Below are positions 11,937-25,110 of a stretch of 64,000 bases of DNA, one piece after another. Within the stretch, counting starts at the first letter, position 1, and the number at the start of each line of letters is the position of its first letter. The position numbers were made by a program, and so were the translations under genes. Origin of the DNA: Eledone cirrhosa (taxonomy: Eukaryota); contig OZ024741.1 of the NCBI GenBank assembly GCA_964016885.1, positions 74,648,001 through 74,712,000 on the forward strand, in the 5' to 3' direction. The notes below the pieces were generated by a model. The model saw only the letters and a program-made list of their open reading frames with translations. It made no database searches and was not told where the DNA came from.

Positions 11937-12265
11937 GGAGGCACATGGATTAGAAGTTAGAGCATTGGGCTTGCAATCGAAAGGTTGTGAGTTCAATTCT
12001 CAGACCGGGTGATGTGTTTTTCCTTGAGCAAGACACTTTATTTCACATTGCTCCAGTTTACTCAGCTGTAGAAATGAGATGATAGGGACTGGGGTCCCTA
12101 TCATTCCACTGCAAAGTGGTCGTGTAGGTGCCACGCCAAAAAAGCACCCAGCACTCACTGTAAATGAGGTTGGTGTTAGGAAGGGCATCCAGCTGTAGAA
12201 ATCAAGCCAGAATCAGTTCCCGTCCCACCCTTGCAAGCAGGGAAAAGCGGACATAAAATGATGAT
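11937..12265 (+). mobile_element. SINE family B (tRNA head, CORE-like body, RTE-derived tail)
   Basis: ggaggcacatgg...gtgagttcaattctc (B-box), ccttgagcaagacactttatttcacattgctccag (CORE-like), then gttggtgttaggaagggcatccagctgtagaaa...aaaatgatgat, shared with the RTE 3' UTR at 36380-36545. Confidence 0.9.
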
Positions 12266-12301
12266 ACATATATATAAGTATATATATAAATATACACATA
12301 T

Positions 12302-12340
<39 letters not shown>

Positions 12341-12587
12341 AATATACATATAAATAAATATATATATAAATATACATATATATATATATATATAAATATA
12401 CATATAAATAAATATATATATAAATATATAAATATATATATATATATATAAATATATATATAAATAAATATATATATAAATATATATAAATATATATATA
12501 AATATATATAAATATATATATAAATAAATATATATATAAATATATATATATAAATAAATATATATATAAATATATATATATAAATAA

Positions 12588-12634
<47 letters not shown>

Positions 12635-12905
12635 CATACAGATATGTCTTTTTGTGTGTGTGAGATAGGAGGAGACATCTTTGACAGAACACTCATTTCT
12701 GGTGTGAACTTATGTTTCGTCACTATAAATATATATATATAAATATATATATATATAAATATATATATATAAATATATATATATAAATATATATATATAA
12801 ATTTATATATATAAATATATATATATATGAATGAATAAATATATATGAATAAATATATATGAATAAATAGATATAAATAAATATATATAAATAAATATAT
12901 ATATA
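12266..12905. repeat. (TA)n/(TAAA)n compound microsatellite
   Basis: Direct observation; source of spurious YIYI ORFs. Confidence 0.95.
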
Positions 12906-13216
12906 ATAATAAATTTGAAGACTAAAATCCAAAGAGGGCTCGATAAGGATAAATATATATCAAATATATAAGAACCGTAGAGCAAATATTTCAGAAGATC
13001 CCGTTAAGGGTGAAAGCAGCGATTCTTTGCTTAAACTTTAATCTGTTATTTTAATAAATATATATATACATATATATACACATATGCAAAAGTTTTATTT
13101 AAAATTGTTGGGTTACAACAAGTAAATATTTTATAACTGATATAAAGCACTCGACAAGTTTTTGGAGTAGATATACGATATTAAACAAATGGAAACTATA
13201 TTTATAAAACCATATT

Positions 13217-13282
13217 TATTTCATTATACATATTTCAGGGATACCATATTAAAAATATGGCATGCCTTCGTCAGATAAAATA
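13217..13282 (-). ncRNA. Type I hammerhead ribozyme motif (mirror copy)
   Basis: Reverse complement of 13339-13404. Confidence 0.78.
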
Positions 13283-13338
13283 CAATATATAAACAGTTTT
13301 ATAAATAAAAAATTATTTATAAAACTGTTTATATATTG

Positions 13339-13404
13339 TATTTTATCTGACGAAGGCATGCCATATTTTTAATATGGTATCCCTGAAATATGTATAATGA
13401 AATA
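13339..13404 (+). ncRNA. Type I hammerhead ribozyme motif
   Basis: tattttat-CTGACGA-aggcatgccatatt(ttt)aatatggtatccct-GAAA-T(atgt)ATA-atgaaata: 8-bp stem I, about 13-bp stem II, short stem III, AUA triplet (cleavage after 13396). Confidence 0.8.
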
Positions 13405-13543
13405 AATATGGTTTTATAAATATAGTTTTCATTTGTTTAATATCGTATATACACATATATATATATATACACATATATATATATATACACATATATATAT
13501 ATATACACATATATATATATATATATACACATATATATATATA

Positions 13544-13607
<64 letters not shown>

Positions 13608-13962
13608 CATACAGATATGGCTTTTTGTGTGTGTGAGATAGGAGGAGAGGAGGGGGAAAGAAATAGAAAACATCTTTGACAGAACACTCATTTCTGGTGT
13701 GAATTTAAGAATATAAATTTGTCTTACATTTCTGTTCTGTGAATTGAAAATAAAAATATCTCAGAACGTTTTCAACAAGACATGGTGGTCTTGTGATATA
13801 CAAAAAGGCTGAACAGTCAATATACATATATATGTATATATATATATATAAAGAGAGCGAGAGTATGCAGTGGTGAGGTCTAGGGAGACCACAAATAAAG
13901 GAAGTACTCATTGCAGAGTGGGTATAGTGGACCGTGATACCCAGAGGTTGGGTTTATACTTT

Positions 13963-14044
<82 letters not shown>

Positions 14045-16012
14045 ATAGAAAACGAAAAATCAGTGATGCATCTGAACTAAATTTATTGTGTGTTACAAAT
14101 GTTTCACTGGCGGACAGCTCAAGACGCGATCATTGTGTGGATCTGTCTGATTCTGAATGGACCCGCAGGTTCGACGGACACGTCTAATGATTTTGGAGCA
14201 TATTCTCTCTCTATATATATATAGTTGAATATTTACTCTCACACTCTTACAAATAATTTTAAGTATACTAACATAGAAAGTGTTATATTGTAAGGTAAAA
14301 GTAATAATTATCTATTCAATTGTGGTTTACTTTTAGTCAATTTTAAATTTCACACTCTATATACCAGTAATAAGAAATATTATATATTCTTATTTTGATT
14401 CAGTTGTGTTTAAAAATGAGAGCCTCACTAGTGATAGTGCCACAATAAATTGTACCCCGTACACTCTGTAAAATGTATGGCATTAGGAAGGACATTTAGC
14501 TGGAGAAACCATGTCAAAACCAGGATGCATGCGAGATGTGGGCTCCCAGCTGATCTGGCAGGACAATAGCTCTAATTAAGTACTCACTTGGCCTATGATG
14601 ACCAGTCCAACCCACACAATCATGAAAAAGAGATGTTAAATGATGATGATGATCTATATAATTGTGTACTGTTTTTACAATGTGTATATATTAAAGTACA
14701 TATATATATATTTATACATCATACACACGCAGAACACTTAAGCAAAGATGGATAAAATTGTTTTGTTAATATACAAAAAAATATTCAGGTAAAATTGTTT
14801 CGCTATAATTTGCAATCACAACAAAGTTTATGTGTGTGTGCATGAGTTTGTCTATGTATGTGGGTGCATATGCATTGATTTTAAGAAAAATTTGGATGAG
14901 TAGATATGGAAATTTGAAGATATTTTATGAAACCCATCATCACACACACATTGGCATCAAAAGATATATGAAGAATGTAAAGAAAGACAGACTATGAAGT
15001 TATATACAACAACAAAGGTTTAAACAAACATGAAAATAAAATAAAACAAGAACAAATATATCTTTGTATGATATTTCAACTGAATAATTTTGGAGGAGAT
15101 ATCTGATGATATGGGCTATATCTTATAAAGGTAGGGATAAATATAAGATTTTGTTCTAATTACAGGTTTGACATAGGAAAAGAACCGAGGGAGACAAATT
15201 TAAACCACCCCTTGATCTATGATACCAAATTGATTTAAAATGTTTATATTTATGTAAATACTTTTCATCATAATTTTTATCAAAGACCCTGTCTAACAAT
15301 GAGAAAGTTAGTTATATTACTAAATATTTCTAAATAGAAATATGGTAATGAAAGGGTTAAAATATTTATATTTATCTAAAAGCACTTCCATTATAATTTT
15401 ATGTAAAAACCTTTGTCAAGTTATGTTCCAAACATTAGCAAAATATTAAAGAAGTTAGCTAAATCCCTCCAAAGTCTTGATTATTTTCAAAATTATATGA
15501 AAATCATATAGTATTTTTCATTAAAAGGAAATACCTCAGCCCCACATGGCAAGTATGGCCAGCAATAGAAAGCAGTGGAGGTCAACCAGTTGGGGGGGTC
15601 CTCCAACAGGAGTGAGAAATATTTGGATGGTAATGGAAGTGTAATTAATTACAACAATTATAACAAAATAACACTATGCAAGAAAAAAGCAATAAAAAGA
15701 TTTTTAAAAAAAGCAAACAAATGATAGTGGTACCCTAGCATGATTGCAACCCATGGGTTGTAACAGGTAAAAGAGTAAATGAACTTAAAATGCAGCTGAG
15801 TAATGTGCTTCATCATATTTATTTATCTATCTGTTTAGTAAAGCTTCCAGTCTATTTCTCAAATGTAGCATTTAACATCAAAGCAATTCAAGTAAATCAT
15901 ATCTATGGATGTGTAGAAGAATAAAGAAAAAATGTTAAAACAGAGATAATATATTGAAAAACAAGAGATGATTCTATGACAAGAGGATTAGCCATGGATA
16001 ATAATAATATAC

Positions 16013-16926
16013 CTGTTGGCATTGTTAATCGCAACATAATGTTTGTCTTCTTCAGTTGGTAGCCGTACGTCAATCGAGCTAGACCGAGCCTGGACTGGTA
16101 CTTCAAGAAATTCGTTTCCACTTAAGGAAGATTTCCATGAATCAGAAGGTGACACTTGTAAACATCCAGTGTCAACGGAGGATGAACGTTGCGACTTAAC
16201 AGTCGGTACCTCGAGGGTCAAGACATTGATGTAAGATATTTCTTCAAGTTGGTTATTATCAGCTGAAGAAGATGTCAATTCGATCGGAGACTTTATCAAA
16301 AGTGGGGGGCTCGACAGAGAAGGGCTGTCCTGAATATGGTCTGGAGAGTGTGTTGTTTCCAGTAAAGATAGGGCAGATATACTGCATTCTGAATTGTCAT
16401 CCTTGTCGCTATAGTCACTGTCAGCTGGAAGATCAGATGATGAAGAATAAAGAGATTCACATGAAGATGTAAACACACCTGTATAGTCAGATGTCAGCAA
16501 GTCCAGTTGTTGACTGCTTTTATCACTAAGGACAGTATCTATTTCTTGATTTGCTAGTGTTTCAAGGTGTATGCAGTGTATGCACAATTTAGGAATTTCG
16601 TATGAAGCACGTCTCCACTTGAGAAGTTTTTTACTAGAGTTGGTTTCGTGGTCTGAAATCCCCTCATCAGATGAGATGGCAATATTAGCGGTAACATCAA
16701 AGGAGTTAGATCGACGCCCGGTATTGGGTACTTTTAGAAATTCCTGGTTGTCTTTATTAGGTAGGCTGCTTGTGTCGAAGCTAGATGAACGTACACGTGC
16801 TTCTGAAGGTGGCTGAAGCAGACTTTTAGTCGCGTCATCTTTCACGGCAGCTTCTTGTCGAGATATACATAGTTTAGGAACATCAAACGACAGTGAAAAA
16901 TTGCAATTTTTTTTCAGCCGGTTCAT
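16013..16926 (-). CDS. rdgA: First coding exon of a host gene, probably the N-terminal extension of eye-specific diacylglycerol kinase (rdgA / DGK-zeta-iota type)
   Basis: Only long non-TE ORF in the window; in-frame TAA shortly upstream of the ATG; donor CAG|GTATAT at 16013/16012 (phase 2); motifs VRSSSFD, LKVP..RRSNSFD, CIHC, TLEVP..QRSSSVD and RSSSIDVRLPTEE..Y recall invertebrate eye-specific DGK N-termini (from memory; no catalytic domain in the window). Confidence 0.7.
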
Positions 16927-17616
16927 GATAATCGCATTTGTTTATGTTCATAAATTGATATAAGATGAAACATGGGAAGAAAGGAAGAAAAAAAGGAGGA
17001 AAAAATGACAATAACACATAGCTACTCGTAACAATTGTTCCATGTTGCATGAAAAAAGCATGCTAGGTAGTAAATCACATTAAGTTAGTTGGTTAATCCT
17101 GTCTTTCTTTCCCTTCTAAGAATATTTCCATTGATTCTAAAAAGAAAAGACCCATTGTTTGGCCATGGTAGTTGTTTACAATTTTAAATTGCTGGCCATG
17201 GATGGATTCAGCGTGTGATATTGAAAAAGAAGACTCTAGCAGTAGTTATAACATACACTCCTCTCTTCTTCACTTTTATTCTGCCAACCTCCACAGATGT
17301 GAGCAGTGAGTTTTACTGTTGCTGATGCTAATGACAATTATCAACAAATTAAACTCAGGTACAATTAAAAGAGAGATGGAAAGTAGACGGACTGTCATCC
17401 ACAGATCTCCATTAAAATTAGGCAGTAATAATATTGTTTACATTCGTGTGTAGCACATTGCTATAGGAGGACATAAGAGAATGTTTGGCAATCTCTCTTT
17501 CTTCACTTGTTGTTAGGCTGCTAGCATAGAGAATTGTAGAGGCTTCTCTCACTGTCTCTCTCCTGCATACATACTAAGGTATCAGCATGCATTACTACAA
17601 CCAGCAGCCTACACAG

Positions 17617-17660
17617 ACTGCAAGAGAGAAGAAGAAATATAGAAAAAGGAGGAGACAGAT
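17617..17660 (-). promoter_or_regulatory. Strong 3' splice acceptor likely opening the ATG-containing exon (exon about 17617-16013, with about 690 nt of 5' UTR)
   Basis: Minus strand tctgtctcctcctttttctatatttcttcttctctcttgCAG|TCTG. Confidence 0.5.
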
Positions 17661-18157
17661 GGGGGTGGGGGTATAGGTTGAGAGAAGAAGAGATGGAAAA
17701 ATGTAAGTTGTTGTTACAGCAGTAACAGTAGCTAAGTATCCTGTTTTTCTCAATGCATTTTTCACATGGACAAATACTACGAGCTAATTTTAAATAAAAT
17801 GAAAAAGAGAAATGAATGGACAATGTTAAAAAACAAAGCAAAACAAATCTAAGGAATTAATAACTCAAAATGTTACAGAAGAAAAGAAAAGGAAAAACAA
17901 TATTATTTCTAAACAAGTGCAATTAGCTTCTTTGAAGGTGGGAAATCCAAAATGTGGAATCATGGTAGATTTACTATAAGAATAATAGCTTGTATAATAT
18001 TTTCTAAAAGTCACTGGAATTATAACGAGAGACATGTAAGAGGATATCAGTTATATTTTGTTTTGGGCTGAGAAAGTGTGTGTGTGCTTTTTTTATTACA
18101 AAATAATGTGTATTCTTTTATATATCAACACAATAGCATACTGAAAACTCCCTAACA

Positions 18158-18190
<33 letters not shown>

Positions 18191-20002
18191 TTTTATTTTT
18201 TTAAACAGAACAAGAAAGCACTACTTTATGTTTCAAGGTCCAGTTTTGGCCATCTCCCCAGGCTGTGCATGGTGATGCAGACTGTGTGGAGGAGGAGCAA
18301 TCAAATATATATGTGTTTGTCTATGGCTATGTGTGTAAGAAATGTATAGTTATCTCATCACTGATTTGTCTTAAAATGTAAATAGAAGCTAAGCAAGAGT
18401 CTCATATGATACATAATGTTTATTATTGAAAGAAACTCTTATAATAAGTAAAGTAACAAGAATATTTTCAAGTGCAGCAAAGCAAAACCACAGATGCTTC
18501 AAATACAAAAGCAGCAGTAATAAAATCTTAATGGATATCCCTTATTAAATTCGAAAATAGCAACACATGGAAATTTAGCCAATTATACTACAAAAATAGA
18601 ACAAAAGAACAATTTTGAATGAAACTATTAGTTGATAAGCTAGATATTAACCCTTTTGTTACACTTCAAATGAAAGTCACTGTCTATGATTTTTAATCAT
18701 TCTTTTTTAAATCGAGTATTGTAGGGTTTTAGTAACATAACTTTTTCATAATTAAGTTGGTTTTGATGCATAACTCAGCAAAGGTTCTTACATAAAACTA
18801 CAATGGAACATTTTTAGATAAATATTAGCATATAACACTTTTATATCAAACTCAAATCTACAACTGACCAGTTTATCAAAGTGATTCTTATTAAATAAAT
18901 TTACTATTTAAAATATAACGCTTTCCATTCCCTTTGCTTTCTTTTATTCTCTTAAGAAAAATCACGGAAAGGATTTATTTAAATTGGTTTTATTATTTTA
19001 CTTCAGAAAGTTCAAAATATTGAAGGAAAATTTCTCCAAAGTAAAAATCTAAATTCTATTTAAAATTACAAGTCAAATTGATTTTAATATATGCTCTTTA
19101 AACAGTTTTTATAACTGTATATTAAATAAATAAAAAATAATGTTTAAAATAAGAGATCTATGATGATATGACATTAAACAGCACTGACTATAAACATATG
19201 TTTAACAAAACTAACCCAATTGAGCAATTTGTTTATTTTCCAACAACAAACATTTTAATATAATTTTCCCTGTTAAAGCTAAGTTTAACTCTGCAGGCCC
19301 TATAAGTCTCTAATTATACTCATTCTGAAGGTCCTTTTTAAAGACAATGTCTTATGGTTGGATGCTTTTCCTCCTGCCAACCCTTTTAGTTGCCTCTTGC
19401 AGGAATGTGGTTTAACATCAAATTCATTTTGATGAAATGAGAACTTACAGTTAACCACTTCAAATGTCAAATTGATTTTTAAAATATAATTTTAAAAAGT
19501 AATTTTTATAACTACATATTTTATAAATGTAAACTTCAAAAACAGTGTTTAGAATAAAAGAGATAGCCCACAAAAATTTACTTCCTCTATAATATGATGT
19601 AAAACAATATGAACCACAGAAATAGGGTTGACCCTGTTGAAACTGTTTATTTTAAAGTGTCATATTTATCTAAAAAAAAAACAACATCCATTATAATTTT
19701 ATTCAAGAACCCTTGTTATGTCATACTACTAAATCACTTCAAATTCTTAATTATTTTCAAAATCATTTGAAAATCATAAACTGTTTTTCATTAGAAATAG
19801 AGTTAAAAAAAAAAAAGGGTGAACCTACATAACCCAGTTCAATAATTTGTTTATGTTAATATACTGTTTCAATAATTGTTTAACACTGCATATCTTATGT
19901 CAAAAACAAACTGAATTACTGAAACTATTTTCAAAATAAAATTTGAAAGGGTTTTGGTCATTAAATTAGTCATGTTGGACCTTTGCTTTGAAGGGATCTA
20001 GT

Positions 20003-21492
20003 TAATAATAATAATGAAATTATTGTGTAAAGTGCTCAGGTGCACTACAACTAGTCAATATAGTACATAGAATAATACACAAATGTCAGGGAAGTACATG
20101 TGTGTATGTGTTAGCTGTAGTGTTGGCGGATCTCGGGAAGCATGGAGGCCTTAAAGGATGCAGTGTCTCGACAGCTAACAACTGATGCAGGTAGTTTGTT
20201 CCATGCTTCAGCAACTCTGAGCGTGAAAAAATGTTTCCGAAAGTCATGGGAACTGTGCTGTTTTCTTACTTTGTGGGCATGTCCACGTGTGTTAGACACA
20301 TAGAAATCAAAAAGGCACTCAGGGTTGTTGTTGGCAACATGGTTAACAATTTTGTGGGTGTTTACCAAGTCAGTTGCCAGGCGTCGGAGCTTCAATGAAT
20401 CCATGCCCAGGGAAGCAAGGCGCTCAGAGTATGGTAGATGCCTGATGGAGGGTATTCGCTTGGTTGCACGTCTTTGAACAGTTTCCAGGCGGTCAATGTC
20501 CTGAGCAAGATAGGGGTTCCAGACTGGTGATGCAAATTCTAAGTGTGGTCGCACCATAGCTGTATACAGCCTTAAATAGATATCTGGAGAGCGGCTGACA
20601 AAGGTCTTGCTGAGTGATGCTAAGACACCCTCGGCCTTCTTGACAATTTTAGAGACGTGCCTCGTCCAACGCAAATCGCTGCTGACTGTAATGCCCAGGT
20701 CACGTTCACAGGAAGACTTCTTGATATTAGTGCTGTGGAGGGAGTATGTGGACGCTGGGTTTTTACTCCCAAAATGCATGGTGGTGCACTTGTCCACAGC
20801 TAGCTTGAGTTGCCAGTCTGAGATCCACTGTTGCATTGTGTCCAGGTCAGACTGCAAGCAAGATCTATAGTGTTCAGGATCTGTCCTTTTTATCTCAAGG
20901 TACAGCTTGATGTCGTCTGCGTACTTTAGTACTGTGGCATTCCTTAAGTTGGCATCTATGTCATTAATATATGCCACAAACAAAAGGGGGCCAAGAACAG
21001 ATCCCTGAGGTACACCAGATGACATCTCATATGGTGAGGAATGCTGTCCCAGAACCGTGACTACCTCTCTTCGACTGAGAATGAAGGACTTCAACCAGTT
21101 AAAAAGATCATCCTTCACACCCATTGCAGAGAGTTTTGCCATAAGCCTTTTGTGTGGCACAGAATTGAAGGCCTTCGCAAAGTCAAGGTAAACAACATCC
21201 ACCCATGAGCCACCATCAGTGATCCGGGTGATGTCCTCAAGAAACTCTATAAGTTGATCACAGCAGCTGGAGTTGGGGATAAATCCAAATTGCGAGGGCC
21301 GGATAAGACTGTGAGAGCTCCAGAAGTTCCAAAGTGTTTCTCTGACACAGGATTCCATCAGTTTGGCGATGCAACTAGTAAGACTGACTGGACGATAGTT
21401 CACAGGTGATGTGCGGTCACCCTTTTTGAATAGAGGAATGACACTGGCAGTTTTCCACTGTTCTGGAGTAGCACTGTTGTTTAGACAGAATT
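20003..21492 (-). mobile_element. 5'-truncated CR1-clade LINE with uninterrupted RT frame
   Basis: ORF 20111-21403 with complete RT motifs (YRPVSLTS, LDFAKAFNSVPH, GVPQGSVLGPLLF, YADD); (ATT)n tail; highly similar to the 10.4-11.8 kb copy. Confidence 0.95.
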
Positions 21493-22489
21493 GGAGTTAA
21501 TCATATTTACTCCAGTAATTATTTTTGAAGTCTGGTACTTACTTTATCAATCTATTTTTGTTAAATTGCTAAGAAACAAAAACACACACACATATATACG
21601 GAGAGAGAGAGAGAGGGTAGAAGACTCTTGGCCAGGGTGATGCAGTGGAAAGAACCCCAAACCACGTAGTTGCAAAACAAACTCCTTAACCACACAGCCA
21701 TGCCTGCACATATAATTATTTGTCCTGAGTAACTGCATAAAATATCAGGAAATCTTAGAAATCAACTGACAGGAAGTTATTAATTTCACAGCATTAAACC
21801 ACCAGGAAAAAAAAATTCCATTGAAAAGTGCTTTCTACTTTTAAAAGAACTGCCTACTTTGCATTATCAGCCAATGAGGAAGACTCTATATGGTTACTAG
21901 TCCTGCTAAAAATAGCACCAGAATTTCGAGTGGGTTCACAAATATTTTGTTTTGCAAAAAATAGAAGATCCCTACAATATTTGTCAGTAAGTTTGACCAT
22001 TTTCATGACAGTTTTTCATATGCCTAAAGCTTTCAGTTTAATACATTATTCTTTTAGGATATGAAATGATATAGTATGTTAATATAAGAAAAAATTACAT
22101 ACATAGATATTCTTTCTATTATCAAGTCTTTCAGCATTATTTGAGGTTCATATGAAATATCAAGTTTAATGGTTTGTTGTAATGTTTAGATACAAAATAT
22201 ATAAAAAATTCATATCTGAATTTTTGTTAATTTGTGTTCCAAATACCAGCTTAATAATTAGAAAGTTAAGTTATATTACTAAATACCTTCTCCCAAATTC
22301 ATGATTATCTTCAAAATAGTTTGAAAATTATTGGCACTTTTTTAATGAAAAATATGGTAGTGAAATAGTTAAAATAAAAAAGTGAAAAAAAGACATGCTC
22401 CTTATATCACCCAAAAAGAAAACAGAAAGTTAAATAAATTCCTCAAGATATTTAATTTTTCGAACAGTACTTGAAACAGTGCATTAAAC

Positions 22490-22723
22490 TTTAATTGACC
22501 ATATTTTTAATGAAATACATTATATTTCATTTAATTAATGAAGAATTTGGTTACTGGGAGTTACTAACATTATTAATTATTTCATTATTAAAATGTTATT
22601 TTAGCATAACTTAAGAAAACGTGTGTTGCGAAATTTAAATTTAATAAGGAACACCTTAAAATGAGTGGTTAGGTTTCATAGACCAAGAGGCTGTTTTGGG
22701 TGAGATGGTATTAAAAGGGTTAA
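22490..22723. mobile_element. piggyBac-like MITE copy
   Basis: Ends in ggtattaaaagggTTAA; internal sequence shared with the AT-rich dispersed repeat. Confidence 0.5.
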
Positions 22724-23559
22724 AAATCTGTAAAGATATTTGAAGAACAATAGTGAACTTTGAACAGATTCAAAGTAGACAAAGATTATATCCCCTAAGG
22801 AACCAAGAAGTGATGCTTATGGGGTTGGTCACCATGCTAGAAATAACAGCTAACTATCCTTTGAATCTTGGGAAAAGAAAGCATGCAATAGATAATACAG
22901 TCCAATATAACATTACATCTTTTAATACCAAATCATGTAAAGCTGATTCTTTCTCAATAAAACATCTATGTTAAGTTATGTTACTATAGTGCTGTTGGTT
23001 ACAGTTATTCACTGGTTCACTACATCTCAGATGGTGAAGCTAACAAGAGAATGTCTGTATTGGTGCAGAAAAAAAATCTTAAAGGGCTTTGTTCAAAAGC
23101 ATCTTGTTTCTTTTCAGCATTCCTGCTTAAGTTTACATACTTTGCTGATCAATGTATATTGGCATAGGGTACACATCTCTGTATGCTCATGTGTGTGTGT
23201 TAAAATATGGAAAGTATGAGCAAGGCTTTGTATCCAAACTATCTTGATTCAGACTATGACAACCCGTTCAATCCATACCAACATGAAAAGCAGATGTAAA
23301 ATGATGACACACACAAAAGAGTAATCAACACATGATGTAGGTTTTGAGTATTTATATTAATTTGATTTCTCCATAGTACTGACTGTTTCAAGACTATATC
23401 ATGCCTAAATTATCAGGTGCATTTAAGAAAAAAACAAGATGGGTAATGGAGTTTAGAGCCCTGATGCTAAGGGCCTCAATGATTCAGGTCACATGGTGGT
23501 GTTGATAAGTCATCATCACCATTTGATGTTTATTTTCATGCTTGCATATATTATGCACA

Positions 23560-23722
23560 CCCACACTGTTGGCTTCTATACAGGTTTCTTTTACCAAATT
23601 CCACTCACAAAGCATTAATCAACCCAAGGCTATGGTGAAAAACACTTGCCTGAAGACCTGTGCAGTAGAATTGAATGCAGAACCATGTAGCTTGCCAAGT
23701 AAGATTCTTAATCACCCAACCT
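23560..23722 (-). mobile_element. SINE family C (tRNA head, CORE-like ttgggcaagtgtctt body); other copies at about 21625-21710(-), 44150-44285(-), 46060-46200(+)
   Basis: Shared ccacatggtt...cccactgtgtggcacattgggcaagtgtcttt...gaaactgcagaagcc motif. Confidence 0.65.
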
Positions 23723-24049
23723 TGTAAATAAAATTTGGTACATTGAAACTCTGGAAGCCCATCATATAGTTGTATGCGTGTGTATGCATGTGTGTGTGCA
23801 CACATGTGCATATGCATCTGTGTTTATACCTCATAACTTAGCAGTTTGACAAAAAGCAATTGATACAATAAGTATCAGACTTGCAAAAATAAATACTGGG
23901 GTTGATATGACCAACTAAATCCCTTTAATGTTGTATTCCAGTCAAATGACTGAAACCAATAAAAGAATATTAGGTTACTTCACCAAACATTGCTATGGAA
24001 GTTTAGATTAATAATGATTATTGATTTTTACATAGAAATGTTAGAAAGA

Positions 24050-24596
24050 TTATAATAATAATATACAAATGTCAAGAAAGTGAACAATGTGTGAGTCATG
24101 ATATACATGTATGCATGTGTATGGAGGGGGAATATCAGGTATAGTGTTGGCGAATTTCAGGAAGCATGGAGGTTTTAAAGGATGCAGTGCCTCGGCAGAT
24201 AACAACTGATGCAGGTAGTTTATTCCATGCTTCAGCAACTCTGAGCATGAAAAAATGTTTCCAAAAGTCATGGGAGCTGTGCTGTTTTCTGACTTTGTAG
24301 GCATGTCCACGGGTGCTAGACACATGGAATTCAAAAAGGTGCTCAGGGTTGTTGTTGGCAAGATGGTTAATAATTTTGTAGGTGTTTACCAAAACAGTTG
24401 CCAGACGTCGGAGCTTCAATGTATCCATGCCCAGGGAAGCAAGGCATTCAGAGTATGGTAGATGTCTAATGGACGGTATCCGCTTGGTTGCTCATCTCTG
24501 AACAGTTTCCAGGAGGTGAATATTCTGAGCAAGATAGGGGTTCCAGACTGGTGGTGCAAACTCTTAGAGTGGCCACACTATAGCTATATACAGCTA
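24050..24596 (-). mobile_element. CR1-clade LINE 3' fragment
   Basis: MDTLKLRRLAT...TRGHAYKVRKQHSSHDF...WNKLP; same family as the 10 kb and 20 kb copies. Confidence 0.9.
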
Positions 24597-25110
24597 AGTT
24601 ATAGGGAGCTATTGCATCTACTAGGAAGGAAAAGACTTCCCTCTATGAATAAAGGGCAAATTACGTGATGCCTGCATGCAATGCTGCAAGGCAGTGAGAC
24701 ATCATCTTCATCATCATTGTTTAATGTCCATTTTTCCATGCTAGCATGGATTAGACATCAATGAAATTTAATGCAGAGTATATGCAAAGGCATGAGAGAA
24801 ACAAATCAAGCATGCTCTGTGTGCATGAAAAATGAACCACAAATGAGTTGAGAGAAAAACTGGGTATTAGAGAAATCAGATATAGCATGCAGGAAAAAGT
24901 TGTGCTTATATGGACATATGATGCACTTGGATGATGATCATTGAGTAAAGAAGTGTCAAGAGTTCTAAGTGGAGGGAAACCACAGAAGCTCAAGAAAGAT
25001 GTTGACAAAAGAGATGACACAGGAAAGGGAAAAGTGAAAGGAGATTGTACTGGAAAGAACTTGTCTAATCTCATGGAAGCATAGAAAAGCAGACATGATG
25101 GTGATGATGA
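24597..25110 (+). mobile_element. Degenerate RTE LINE 3' fragment interrupted by an inverted short tail
   Basis: Homologous to 35675-36100 (ggcagtgagac; aatgagttgagagaaaaactgggtattag) and ends in (GAT)n. Confidence 0.6.

Larger units (their letters stand above)
13171..13450. repeat. Near-perfect 280-bp palindrome (138-bp arms, 4-nt loop) carrying a hammerhead on each strand
   Basis: Position i pairs with 26621-i; loop 13309-13312; only one mismatch noticed. Confidence 0.95.

Noticed and set aside
12176-12985. Long Y/I/H/T/C-rich ORFs here and at 6689-7046, 13343-13691, 32351-32946, 37074-38265 and 38878-39377
   Set aside because: Translations of (TA)n/(CA)n/(CATA)n microsatellites, which lack stop codons in several frames; not genes
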